Part shown: in pieces, positions 41,709-50,546 of the stretch
Position numbering within the stretch: position 1 is the first letter of the stretch
How the letters are laid out: each line of letters starts with the position of its first letter
DNA from: an uncultured Gemmatimonadales bacterium
GTDB taxonomy: Bacteria; Gemmatimonadota; Gemmatimonadetes; Gemmatimonadales; Gemmatimonadaceae
Direction of reading: 5' to 3'
DNA length: 64,000 bases
Assembly: GCA_963793305.1 (NCBI GenBank)
Contig: CAWBZV010000003.1
Coordinates: 32,001-96,000 of the forward strand
Made by a program: the position numbers and the translations under genes
The notes under the pieces: generated by a model
The model's input: the letters and a program-made list of their open reading frames with translations, nothing else
Database searches by the model: none
What the model was told of the DNA's origin: nothing

Positions 41709-42996
41709 GAAACGCTCGATCGCGAAGATAGCTCACACGCCGCGCCGCGATCGGCGCGTGCCCGCGCAGGAACAGCATCTGGAGATCGGGCGCCAGTCGC
41801 CGAATCTCGTCGGCCGTGATGAGCCGCCGCCCGCGCGTCTCCACCGTCGTCTCGCCGGCGAGTCGCGAGAGATGCTCGGCCGTCTCGTAGTCGTTGATGC
41901 CAAACGCCTGCAGTACCTCGGCGTTGGCGAGAAACGTCGACCAGTTCTCGCCATAGATCGCTCTCAACTGCGCGAGATCCTGGATGAGCAGCCAGAACCC
42001 GACACCGTACCCGCCGACGAGCGAGATGCCCTGCTCGACCGGCCGCATGCGGCCCAAGTGCGCGAACTCGTCGAGCAGGAACAGGATGCGTTGCGCGCGA
42101 CGCTGGCGCGTGATGAGATTCAGCATCGAGCCGATCATGAGACGAAGCCACCGCCGGTAGCCATCAATGCGCTCGGGCGGCAGGATCAGATACGTCGTCG
42201 TTTCCGCGCCCCCGCCGGGTCGCCGCGTCTCGCCGAGCGCCTGGATCATCGCCGGGCTGTCGAGAAAATGCGTATGGCTCTGGGCTGTCGAGATGACGGC
42301 CGAGCGTTCGCGGGGACCCTTTTGGCTGATCTGGGCCGCTGAGCGCCGCACGATCGCGTTCTTGCTCGCCGCCATCTCCGCGAGTAGCGCCCGGAATTCG
42401 CGTGCCGATAGCGTGAGATATCCTCGCACGGTCACGAGCGAAGTCTTCGCGTGCAGAATCAAGCCGACGAGCAGCGCGCGCGCTTCTTCTTCCCAGAACG
42501 GCTCGTTGCGGCCGTCAGGGACAACGAGCATATCGGCGACGAGCCGGGCATCGTCGACACCCCTGACGTGATCGAGCGGATTGTACGACGCGCGATCGTC
42601 ATCCGAGGCGATCACGCCGAACGGGTCATACGCCAGCACGCGGTGTCCGAGCGCACGGCGCCGCGCGGCGGTGACCGCATAGTTCTCGCCCTTGGGGTCC
42701 GTGACGACGATCGATCCCGGATAGAGCAGCAGGTTCGGGATCACCGCCCCCACGCCTTTCCCGGATCGCGTGGGCGCGACGGTCACGATATGTCCGTAAC
42801 CGGCATATCGCAGAAACCGCCAGCGGGTGCGGCCGATGATGAGCCCCTCGCGCCGGCGCAACGATCGCCCATCGTCCCACGTTGCACTCCCGCAGGCGTC
42901 GCTCGACCGTCGTCCGCCGCGGGTGAGTGTCGCGAGCAGAGCGAGCAGCGCGATTGTCGCACCAAAGGCGAACACAACGAGTGATAGCGATCCCAT
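41671..42996 (-). CDS. Type IV coupling protein, VirD4/TraG family
   Basis: N-terminal TM segment, GSATW, Walker A APTRSGKG, TDPKGEN, Walker B LLDEFAHLG, QDLAQL and RRLITADEI motifs. Start 42996, 43014 or 43032. Confidence 0.88.
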   Translation of the reverse strand: MGSLSLVVFAFGATIALLALLATLTRGGRRSSDACGSATWDDGRSLRRREGLIIGRTRWRFLRYAGYGHIVTVAPTRSGKGVGAVIPNLLLYPGSIVVTDPKGENYAVTAARRRALGHRVLAYDPFGVIASDDDRASYNPLDHVRGVDDARLVADMLVVPDGRNEPFWEEEARALLVGLILHAKTSLVTVRGYLTLSAREFRALLAEMAASKNAIVRRSAAQISQKGPRERSAVISTAQSHTHFLDSPAMIQALGETRRPGGGAETTTYLILPPERIDGYRRWLRLMIGSMLNLITRQRRAQRILFLLDEFAHLGRMRPVEQGISLVGGYGVGFWLLIQDLAQLRAIYGENWSTFLANAEVLQAFGINDYETAEHLSRLAGETTVETRGRRLITADEIRRLAPDLQMLFLRGHAPIAARRVSYLRDRAFRGLAESNPLALD

Positions 42997-43040
42997 ACTT
43001 ATAGAGACAGGCATAGCCCGTGCGATGATCAACGCCGGCT

Positions 43041-43394
43041 ATGCTCACGCTGCTGATTGTCTCGACGGACTCGCCGACGGCGACCCTGCTCGGAGCATTT
43101 GCAGAGGTCGAGGGGTATGACGTGGAGATTCACGACGACGTGCGTGAGACGCCGGAAGACGCCATTCGACGAGCCCGCCCACACATCATCCTGATCGACA
43201 TCGACCACCCGGACGGCTTCGCACCCGAGTTTCTCGACGGGCTCCAGCGTGAGGGGATTTCCGCGGTCGCGTTCAGTCCTGGCCGACTGACGTCGGAAGT
43301 GTTCGAGCGCGCTCAACCGTACGGACTGCCTATGATTACGCTGCCGATCGACCCAGGGGCATTCGCTGCCGTCCTGCGGCGGGCGCGCGGCTGA
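43041..43394 (+). CDS. Atypical single-domain receiver-like protein
   Basis: RPHIILIDID phosphoacceptor region; LP where KP is expected. Confidence 0.65.
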   Translation: MLTLLIVSTDSPTATLLGAFAEVEGYDVEIHDDVRETPEDAIRRARPHIILIDIDHPDGFAPEFLDGLQREGISAVAFSPGRLTSEVFERAQPYGLPMITLPIDPGAFAAVLRRARG

Positions 43395-43453
43395 ACTGCT
43401 TGGTACGCGTTACGTTATGCGACCTCGGCCAGTCCCGGATCAGGGGGATTTCT

Positions 43454-44422
43454 TTGCGAATTGCGCTCTGCGCGTTGCTCGCGATCCAGCTCCAGGCCCA
43501 GGTCGCGCCCGTGCCCGACTCGGGCCTCGCGACCGGCCTGGCGCTGTTCGACGCGGGTAATCGCACAGCGGCGGCAGCGCTCCTCGAGCCCTACGCAAAG
43601 ACGAACGCGGTCGCCGCGTTCGAGCTCGGACTGACGGCGCTCGACGGTGGCCGTTACGGTCCGGCGGTCGACTGGTTCGAGCGCGCCGTCGGGCTCGATC
43701 ACGACAACCCAATGTACTGGGACAAACTCGGCCAAGCCTACGCCGGGCACGCGCTGGAGTCCGATTTCTTCCTGAAGTACAAGCTCGCGCACCGGTGCAA
43801 GGCCGCGTTCGAGAAAGCCATCACGATCGACTCGACGAACCTCGACGCGCGCACGGACTTGATCGAGTACTACGCGCAGGCGCCCGGCATCGTCGGCGGC
43901 AACAAAGATCGCGCCCGCGAGATGTCGGTCGAGCTCGGCCAGTGGGCGCCGTACTACGGACTCCAGTCGATGCTGATCACGTGTCGCGTGTCGCGCGACT
44001 CGACCTGCGTGCGCGTCACGACGGACTCACTCATGACGGCATTCCCCGATTCCAGCCTGGGATACGTCGCCCGGGCGGACTGGCTCGCCAATGGCGAACA
44101 GTACGACTCGGCGTTCGCTTTGCTCGACCGGCGGCTGGCGCTGCATCCCGACGACTGGCAGACGCTCTATGAGCTCGGCCGCGTCGGCGCGAGCTCCGGC
44201 CTGAGGCTCGACGACGCGACGACCGCGCTCGAGCGCTTCATCGCCTCGCCCTTCGGCGCGAATCCATCGAAGCGCGTGCAACTGTCTCGCGCGCACTCCC
44301 GACTCGCCCAGGTGTTCGCGCGGGTGAACTTGCCGGATTCGGCGCGGGCCGAGTATGAATTGGCGGTGACGATCGATCCGAAGGACGGCGACGCCAAGAA
44401 AGCGCTGCGGTCGTTCCACTGA
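43454..44422 (+). CDS. Secreted tetratricopeptide repeat protein
   Basis: Signal peptide from TTG 43454 with GGGGA SD; TPR-like repeats; APGIVGG motif. Confidence 0.8.
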   Translation: MRIALCALLAIQLQAQVAPVPDSGLATGLALFDAGNRTAAAALLEPYAKTNAVAAFELGLTALDGGRYGPAVDWFERAVGLDHDNPMYWDKLGQAYAGHALESDFFLKYKLAHRCKAAFEKAITIDSTNLDARTDLIEYYAQAPGIVGGNKDRAREMSVELGQWAPYYGLQSMLITCRVSRDSTCVRVTTDSLMTAFPDSSLGYVARADWLANGEQYDSAFALLDRRLALHPDDWQTLYELGRVGASSGLRLDDATTALERFIASPFGANPSKRVQLSRAHSRLAQVFARVNLPDSARAEYELAVTIDPKDGDAKKALRSFH

Positions 44423-45156
44423 ACGCCCTGCTCCTCGTTTCCGCCGCGTTTCTGGCGGGAGCCATCAATGCCGTCGCCGGCGGCGGCACATTTCTCACGT
44501 TCCCGGCGCTCATCGTCGCGGGCATCTCGCCAATAGCGGCCAACGCGACGAGCACCGCGGCCGTCTGCCCGGGCGCTTTGGCCAGCGCACTCGCCTACCG
44601 TCGCGACGTCGCGGGACTCGGCCGCGGGTTCCTGATTGCGCTCGTCGCGATCAGCTTGGTCGGCGGGCTCGTTGGCGCGCTGTTGCTCCTGTGGACGCCC
44701 GAGACCACATTCTCGCGCCTCATTCCGTGGCTCCTGCTTGGTGCGACGCTGCTATTTGCCGGCGGGCGCCACGTCGCGCAAGCCGTTCGCTCGCGTGTGC
44801 ACGTGAGCTCGAATGCCATTCTCATCGGGCAATTTTTCATCGCGATCTATGGCGGCTACTTCGGTGGCGGCATCGGCATCCTGATGCTCGGCATGATGAC
44901 CGTGGCCGGCTTCACCGACGTGCACCAGATGAATGGCATCAAGGCATTGCTCTCCGGCTGCTTGAACGCCGTCGCCGTCGTCACGTTTGCCATTGCGCAC
45001 AAGATCGTGTGGCCGCCGGCACTTCTCATGGCCGTGGCCGCCATTGCCGGCGGCTACGCGGGCGGGGCGATTGCGCGGCGAGTCGATCCAGCGCGCATTC
45101 GCGCCCTCGTCATCGTTATTGGGGTCGCGATGACGGCGTACTTTTTTGTGAAGTGA
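44419..45156 (+). CDS. Sulfite exporter TauE/SafE family protein (probable CTG start)
   Basis: AINAVAGGGTFLTFP, ANATS and YGGYFGGGIG motifs; the conserved N-terminus begins at CTG 44419 overlapping the upstream TGA. Confidence 0.85.
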   Translation: MNALLLVSAAFLAGAINAVAGGGTFLTFPALIVAGISPIAANATSTAAVCPGALASALAYRRDVAGLGRGFLIALVAISLVGGLVGALLLLWTPETTFSRLIPWLLLGATLLFAGGRHVAQAVRSRVHVSSNAILIGQFFIAIYGGYFGGGIGILMLGMMTVAGFTDVHQMNGIKALLSGCLNAVAVVTFAIAHKIVWPPALLMAVAAIAGGYAGGAIARRVDPARIRALVIVIGVAMTAYFFVK

Positions 45157-45853
45157 GAAAGGCCTGGAACGCCGCGCGCGCCTCGTCCGAATGCAGCGCT
45201 TCTCGAAACAACTCGGCCTCGCGCCGAATCGCGGCCAGCACGTCGGCGCGATCGTGTCTCAGCAAGCGCTTCGTATAGCGCATGGCTTGGCGAGGTTTGG
45301 CGTCGAGCCGCTGGGCGATGGCTCGGGCGTGACCGAGTAAGGCTTCGTCCGGCACGATCTCGTTCGCGATGCCAACGGCGACCGCGATCTCGGCGTTGAA
45401 CGGCTCGCCGAGCATGAGCCACTGTGCGGCTCGTCTCATGCCAACGAGGCTCGGCAAGAGCAACGTGCTGGCGGCTTCAGGCACGAGTCCGAGGTCGATG
45501 AAGGGCATTTGAAATCGCGCCGACGGCGACACAAAGACAAAGTCGCAGTGCAGCAGCATGGTCGTGCCGATGCCGATGGCCGGACCGCGGACGGCGGCGA
45601 CTAGTGGCTTATCGAATTCCGCCAACGCAAAGAGAAAGCGAAAGACCGGCGCGTCCTCGCCCCCAGGCGGGTGTTCCAGGAAATCGCGGAGGTCATTCCC
45701 GGCGGTAAACGTCGATCCCGCGCCGGTGATGAGCACCGCGCCGACCGCATCATCCTGGCGGGCGGCGTTGAGGTCGGCCGCGAGCGATGTATACATCGCG
45801 GCCGTGATCGCGTTCTTTTTGTCAGGCCGATCGATGACCAGCGTGCGAATCAT
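45116..45853 (-). CDS. Enoyl-CoA hydratase/isomerase family protein
   Basis: RPDKKNAIT, FTAGNDL, GIGTTMLLHCD and LGLVPEAAS motifs. Confidence 0.9.
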   Translation of the reverse strand: MIRTLVIDRPDKKNAITAAMYTSLAADLNAARQDDAVGAVLITGAGSTFTAGNDLRDFLEHPPGGEDAPVFRFLFALAEFDKPLVAAVRGPAIGIGTTMLLHCDFVFVSPSARFQMPFIDLGLVPEAASTLLLPSLVGMRRAAQWLMLGEPFNAEIAVAVGIANEIVPDEALLGHARAIAQRLDAKPRQAMRYTKRLLRHDRADVLAAIRREAELFREALHSDEARAAFQAFLTSQKSTPSSRPQ

Positions 45854-46652
45854 GCGGGGCGTCTTCGTCGGTCATGGTGACGGTGCGTTCCAAGCGCGCG
45901 GCCATGCGCAGGAGAAAATCGTGCGGCTCGAGCTGCACGGCGAGTGACGACGGCAGGAACCCCGAGACGATGTGCACTTCGTTGGCGAACCCGCGTTCGG
46001 TCGCGTAGCCGAGTTTGCTGGCGACGTTGCGCACGGAGGCGCGCGCGGTTCGCAGGTAGTGATACGCCCGCACCACGCGTGCGACGCGCACGATCATCCA
46101 ACCGGGCGCGAGCCCCGCGCGTTCGAGCGCGCGGTCGAACGTGCGGCGTGACATCACGGCGGTGCGCGCCAGCTCGTCGACGCTGGCGATCGTGTGCGGC
46201 GCGCGCAGCAACTCTTCGATCGCGTGCGCGAGCGACGGCGGCACCTTGCGGAGCAGCTCGTCGATCATCGGCAAGAGCAACTCGGTCAAGGTGTCCGCTG
46301 GCAGCGCATCCAGCAAAGTCCGTATCGCTTCTGGACTGTCGTCGAATCCGCGGAGCATTAAGTGCCGATAGCCGTGCGCGGCGAGGACGCCATGCGCGCG
46401 CACCGCGTCAGGCGACACCGTCGTGTACGCGATCACGTGGACCGACGAATGACGCGCGAGCACGGCGACGAGCGCCGGCAGCGCGTCGAGCCCGACGAGT
46501 TGCGGATCGATGATGGCGACATTGATCGGATAGAACCTGAGTGCGCCCTCGAGCTCCGACAGCCCCATGACGTTGTGCACGGCGTGCACACCGCGGACGA
46601 CGGCACGGAAGGGGCGCAGGAGTTGGTCAGGCAAATAGGCAGCTATGTCCAT
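45822..46652 (-). CDS. AraC family regulator with N-terminal receiver-like domain
   Basis: C-terminal SVDELARTAVMSRRTFDR and VRNVASKLGY double HTH; N-terminal VAIIDP / VIAYT receiver-like pattern. Confidence 0.8.
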   Translation of the reverse strand: MDIAAYLPDQLLRPFRAVVRGVHAVHNVMGLSELEGALRFYPINVAIIDPQLVGLDALPALVAVLARHSSVHVIAYTTVSPDAVRAHGVLAAHGYRHLMLRGFDDSPEAIRTLLDALPADTLTELLLPMIDELLRKVPPSLAHAIEELLRAPHTIASVDELARTAVMSRRTFDRALERAGLAPGWMIVRVARVVRAYHYLRTARASVRNVASKLGYATERGFANEVHIVSGFLPSSLAVQLEPHDFLLRMAARLERTVTMTDEDAPHDSHAGHRSA

Positions 46653-46815
46653 GTGACAGAACGATCGAGCGAACTCGGCAGGAATCGTGCAGTTGACTCA
46701 CGTAGCGTGGCTGGCTCACGACTGAGATTGGCCTGATGACGACATGGGCGCCCCCCAGCCCTAACCCAACTATTCAGTTGACGGGATCGAAACCCTCCAC
46801 GTTACCGAGGAACGC

Positions 46816-46971
46816 ATGGCCAAACGTTTCGGGCTGATTGCGGCAGTCGCGCTGATATCAGGCGTACTCGCGGCGTGCAGCAACCCGACGGCTCCGGCCG
46901 CAGCGCCAAGCACGAATCACATCAACGTGCCGCAGCAGTCCGCCGGCGTGTTGATCGGCGGCGATACCTGA
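46816..46971 (+). CDS. Small 51-aa lipoprotein-type secreted peptide (candidate signalling pro-peptide)
   Basis: GAGGA SD at 46807-46811; MAKRFGLIAAVALISGVLAACSNPTAPAAAPSTNHINVPQQSAGVLIGGDT*; lipobox LAA-C; too short for the ORF track. Confidence 0.85.
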   Translation: MAKRFGLIAAVALISGVLAACSNPTAPAAAPSTNHINVPQQSAGVLIGGDT

Positions 46972-46979
46972 CTCAATCG

Positions 46980-48326
46980 CTAGTCGGCCTCCCCGGCGGT
47001 CGCCATCTCGCGTAATTCGCGGACAAAGCTCGTGACACGTTCGATGGCCGACGTCGGCGGTTGAGTGAGGTGTCGCGCATCGCGCGTCGGCAACACTGGC
47101 GCCGCGCTGAGCTGTTCCGCCATGATCAAAATCTGGTTGAACCGATGCTGCTCGGCGAGATGAATCGCTCGCGCGAGCGCATTGCGTGCATCGGCGGCGC
47201 GGCCGAACCGTCGATAGCCATCGCCGAGTTGCAGGTAGTACCTGGCCGCGATATGCGGCGGCAGCGCCTTCGCCGCGGCAAGCTCGCGCGCCAGGCGATT
47301 GAACAACGTCTCCTGCCCGTCGCCGGCGGCCAGCTCCAGCAGATTGACGGTTGCCGACCATCGCTGCATCTGCGTCGATCCCGCCGCGCGCAACACGAGC
47401 AGTGCGTCACGCCCCGCATCGCGGTGCCCGAGCTCGACCAGCACCTGAGCGATGTCGTGCAGCGCGTTGTCGCGCAGCCGGTCCTCGGTGTAGACGCGCA
47501 TGGCCTCGTGCAGGTGCGTCAGCGCGCACTCGAACTGCTCACGCTCGTATGCGACATAGGCCCGCTCGTGGAGCGCTCGCGCGAGCGTCTCAAAGTACGA
47601 CGGGTGCTGATTCGACATCGCACGGGCGTCGTCAATGACGTCGTCGAGCAGGGTCTCCGCGGCCGGCAGGTCGCCACGCAGCCGGATGACGGACGCCGCA
47701 CCCGTGCGGGCCAACAGCGAGTTGTACGCGTCGCCCACGGCGTTCGCGGCCCCGACCGCCATTTCGTACGCGTCTGCCGCGTCCGCGAGACGGCCGAGGT
47801 GGCGACGACAGCGCCCCAGTCGAACGCACGCGTTCGGGACGAGCTCGAACTCGTCGGCGGTGCGTGCATGCGCGAGGAACGTCCAGTAAACGTCGTCGGC
47901 GAGCTTCCACAGCTGGGTGTCGTCGCCGTCCAGCAACCGCGCATAGGCGAGAACGCTGGTCAAGACAACCGGCGACCGCCGCGCCCACCAGCGCGTGACG
48001 GCGAGCACGATGCCCGTGAGGATGTTCGGGATGGGCCCCGCCTCGCACGCGATGACCGCGCGCTGCACGGCCTCGATCTCTTCCAGCGTCGGCGTCGGCA
48101 CGGCGGGCGCTCGACTGTTCGCCCAGCGGTCGACCAACCGCATGGTGACCAGTCCGGCCATCGTGACCCGCCAGGCTGGTTCCTGCTCAATGGCCGCGCC
48201 CTCGAGGCCGCGCGCCTGGCCCGCCTCGGCCAAATCCCTGAGAACCGCAAAGAACCCCTCGTGCGCGGTCGCGCGTCGCGCGCCGGCCGACACTCCGGCC
48301 AGGCCGGTCATCATGTCGAGTGGCAT
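46980..48326 (-). CDS. TPR-like alpha-helical repeat protein (candidate peptide receptor)
   Basis: Ala/Leu-rich helical repeats (LGRCRRHLGRLADAADAY, ALHERAYVAY, ALHDIAQVL, LQLGDGYRRFG); no signal peptide. Start uncertain (48314-48365). Confidence 0.75.
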   Translation of the reverse strand: MPLDMMTGLAGVSAGARRATAHEGFFAVLRDLAEAGQARGLEGAAIEQEPAWRVTMAGLVTMRLVDRWANSRAPAVPTPTLEEIEAVQRAVIACEAGPIPNILTGIVLAVTRWWARRSPVVLTSVLAYARLLDGDDTQLWKLADDVYWTFLAHARTADEFELVPNACVRLGRCRRHLGRLADAADAYEMAVGAANAVGDAYNSLLARTGAASVIRLRGDLPAAETLLDDVIDDARAMSNQHPSYFETLARALHERAYVAYEREQFECALTHLHEAMRVYTEDRLRDNALHDIAQVLVELGHRDAGRDALLVLRAAGSTQMQRWSATVNLLELAAGDGQETLFNRLARELAAAKALPPHIAARYYLQLGDGYRRFGRAADARNALARAIHLAEQHRFNQILIMAEQLSAAPVLPTRDARHLTQPPTSAIERVTSFVRELREMATAGEAD

Positions 48327-48408
48327 CGTAAGACCCAACATTGATCCGCCGCCCCCCAGGGGCAAGTGGCGAGATCACCCCTTGCGCGTAGCGTCCGGGC
48401 CCCGCTCG

Positions 48409-49275
48409 CTACGGCCGCTGGCCAACCGTTATGGGCGCGTCCAGGGCATCGAGATGTTCCCGCCGCAGAATCGCCCGTCCGTCGGCCGAAAGCAGAAACC
48501 GCACAAACGCATTCGCCGGACCCGGGTGTGGCGCATGTGCCGGAATCGAAAGCCCATACACGATCGGCTCACCGCGAACCAACACGGTATCCACACGCAC
48601 GCTCGCCTGTGCATAGAACGCCGAATCTTTTGCGTCACTCAAGTCGATCTCGCGCGGCAACGCGACGTACGACAGCCCGGCGGCCTCGGCGACCGATTCG
48701 TACTCCCATGCATAGTCCAGGTCGCCGGTCTGCACGAGCGCGGTCAGATCGGCCGATTTGGGACGCATATTGCGCGGCGGTGCCGCAGCCAGCAGCCGGT
48801 CAGCGAGCCCGGGGCGCTTGTAGTACTTCTCGGCCAGCTGCCACACGAGCAGCGCCCGATATCCCGCCGGGTCGAGCTTGGGATCGCTCCGCCCGACTTC
48901 GGCGCCAGGCTTGGTGAGCACGTCGAACCAGTTGGCCGCGGTGACCTGCTTCCCCTTCGAATATGTGATCACCATGCGATTCCGCGCGAACTGCACGTAC
49001 CAGGTCACGTGCGTCGGCATGAGATAGCGCGGAAAGACCTCGTAGTCCGCAAGCGCAATGACATCGGGAATGCGCCCGAGCTCCGTCAGCTTGCGGGCGG
49101 TCTCGAGGCTCCCCGCGTTCTCTTGCTGCACGACCGTGTGCGTACGAACAGCAAAAGAGTCCAGCGCGACCTTGATCGGCAGCGCCAGGCTCCCCGCGTC
49201 AAAGACAGTCAGCGTGTCCGCTTGCGCGGAAAAAACAATGCTACTTGTGAGAAAAAAGTGGCAGAAACTGACCAT
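48409..49275 (-). CDS. Tungstate/molybdate-binding protein (WtpA/ModA-like)
   Basis: [20 protein letters not shown] and YAWEYESVA motifs. Confidence 0.8.
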   Translation of the reverse strand: MVSFCHFFLTSSIVFSAQADTLTVFDAGSLALPIKVALDSFAVRTHTVVQQENAGSLETARKLTELGRIPDVIALADYEVFPRYLMPTHVTWYVQFARNRMVITYSKGKQVTAANWFDVLTKPGAEVGRSDPKLDPAGYRALLVWQLAEKYYKRPGLADRLLAAAPPRNMRPKSADLTALVQTGDLDYAWEYESVAEAAGLSYVALPREIDLSDAKDSAFYAQASVRVDTVLVRGEPIVYGLSIPAHAPHPGPANAFVRFLLSADGRAILRREHLDALDAPITVGQRP

Positions 49276-49684
49276 AGCCCTCGGCCTCGAGGCGATCGAC
49301 AGGAATGAATCGGAGCGACGCCGAGTTCATGCAGTACCGTTGCCCGGTCGGCGCCGGGCCATCGTCAAACACATGCCCGAGGTGCGAATCGGCGTTGGCG
49401 GAGCGCACTTCGGTGCGGCTCATTAACAAATGCCGGTCTTCTTTCGTCCGTACGTTGGCTGGAACGAGGGGCTTCGTGAAACTCGGCCACCCCGTACCCG
49501 ACTCGAACTTGTCCAGTGAACTGAAAAGCGGTTCGCCGGAAACCACGTCGACGTATATGCCCGCGTCGTGGTTATCCCAATACTCGTTGCGGAACGGCGG
49601 CTCCGTTCCCTCGTGTTGCGTGACTTTGTACTGCAGTGGCGTGAGCCGCTCTTTCAGCTCGGCGTCAGTCGGCTTCGTAGACAT
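49241..49684 (-). CDS. msrB: Peptide-methionine (R)-S-oxide reductase
   Basis: [23 protein letters not shown] and RYCMNS motifs; start ATG 49684. Confidence 0.95.
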   Translation of the reverse strand: MSTKPTDAELKERLTPLQYKVTQHEGTEPPFRNEYWDNHDAGIYVDVVSGEPLFSSLDKFESGTGWPSFTKPLVPANVRTKEDRHLLMSRTEVRSANADSHLGHVFDDGPAPTGQRYCMNSASLRFIPVDRLEAEGYGQFLPLFSHK

Positions 49685-49705
49685 ACGTGAATATGATACG
49701 CAGTT

Positions 49706-49750
49706 GGGGGGTCCGGGGGGCGTCGTTGGGGTTTGCCCCCCGGAGGCGAA
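49706..49750 (-). repeat. Intergenic REP-like dispersed repeat, copy 2
   Basis: Reverse complement TTCGCCTCCGGGGGGCAAACCCCAACGACGCCCCCCGGACCCCCC matches 21793-21836. Confidence 0.8.
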
Positions 49751-49823
49751 CCAATGTAGCGTTTTGACGCGAGAGCGGCGAAACGCGTGCGTCGCGCAGC
49801 GGCGCAAGCGACAGAAAGTCCGC

Positions 49824-49851
49824 TTGTCGACCTCTGCCGCGATGGTAGATT
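49824..49851 (+). promoter_or_regulatory. Putative sigma70 promoter upstream of the riboswitch
   Basis: TTGTCG, 16 nt spacer, TAGATT with extended -10 TG. Confidence 0.5.
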
Positions 49852-49899
49852 GTAAGAGCAGTCGCACGAAACAGGCGTCGAGGGTCCCTCCTGGGGTGC

Positions 49900-49992
49900 T
49901 CACGACAATGGCAGACCCGCTGAAAGGCGGGGACGCAAAGCTCTGGAGGCTACGGCGTTCATGTGGACGCTACGCCAGTCCGGCCGCCGAAC
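49900..49992 (+). promoter_or_regulatory. c-di-GMP-I (GEMM) riboswitch
   Basis: GGCAGA-CCCGCT-GAAA-GGCGGG-GACGCAAAGC, second stem CTGGA/TCCGG with a CTACG..CTAC receptor-like bulge, 3' GCCG. Confidence 0.88.
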
Positions 49993-50017
49993 AGCTAGCC
50001 AGATCGAGGGAGTGCCA

Positions 50018-50428
50018 ATGCTCGAGCGCGTGACAGAGTCGCCGCGCACCGTGTTGGTCGTGGATGACAGTGAGGATACGCGCGTGATGTACGGCGCGTA
50101 TCTCCGTCACGTGGGATACCACGTGCGCGAAGCGGCCACCGGCGCCGCCGCGCTCGCGCTCGCCCGCCATGAACCGATCAACGTCATCCTCATGGACATC
50201 GCGTTGCCCGAAATGGATGGGTTCGAGGCGACGCGACGGCTCAAGGCCGATCCCGAGACGCAACGTATTCCCGTTGTCGCGCTCACCGCGTACGCCGTGC
50301 CGCCTGCGCCCGAGCGCGCCGCGGAGGCCGGTTGCGCCGCTTACCTGGCGAAGCCGTGCACGCCGCGCGAAGTCGTGGCGACCATCGAGCGCGTGCTCGA
50401 AGGCATACCGGCGCTGAAGAAGAGCTAA
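50018..50428 (+). CDS. Single-domain response regulator (DivK/CheY-like)
   Basis: VVDD, LMDIALPEMDG, ALTA and AKP motifs all canonical; GAGGGA SD. Confidence 0.9.
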   Translation: MLERVTESPRTVLVVDDSEDTRVMYGAYLRHVGYHVREAATGAAALALARHEPINVILMDIALPEMDGFEATRRLKADPETQRIPVVALTAYAVPPAPERAAEAGCAAYLAKPCTPREVVATIERVLEGIPALKKS

Positions 50429-50546
50429 CGACCGCGAACGACTGCATCGTTACGAGGTCGTTGCCGCTCGCGTTCTAGGATTCTGCTATCGGCATATAGC
50501 ATGGCCCTCTTGCTCAACGGTCAACTTTTTCTCCGAGCCGGAGGGT

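Noticed and set aside
41244..43032. An intact ICE or integrated plasmid
   Set aside because: Only two transfer genes; no relaxase, mating-pair genes, integrase or boundaries.
46816..46971. The small peptide as a RiPP precursor
   Set aside because: No modifying enzyme (radical SAM, YcaO, LanM, lasso cyclase) or peptidase-transporter nearby; the leader is a lipoprotein signal.
49900..49992. c-AMP-GMP-sensing variant of the riboswitch
   Set aside because: The discriminating position equivalent to G20 is G, not A.
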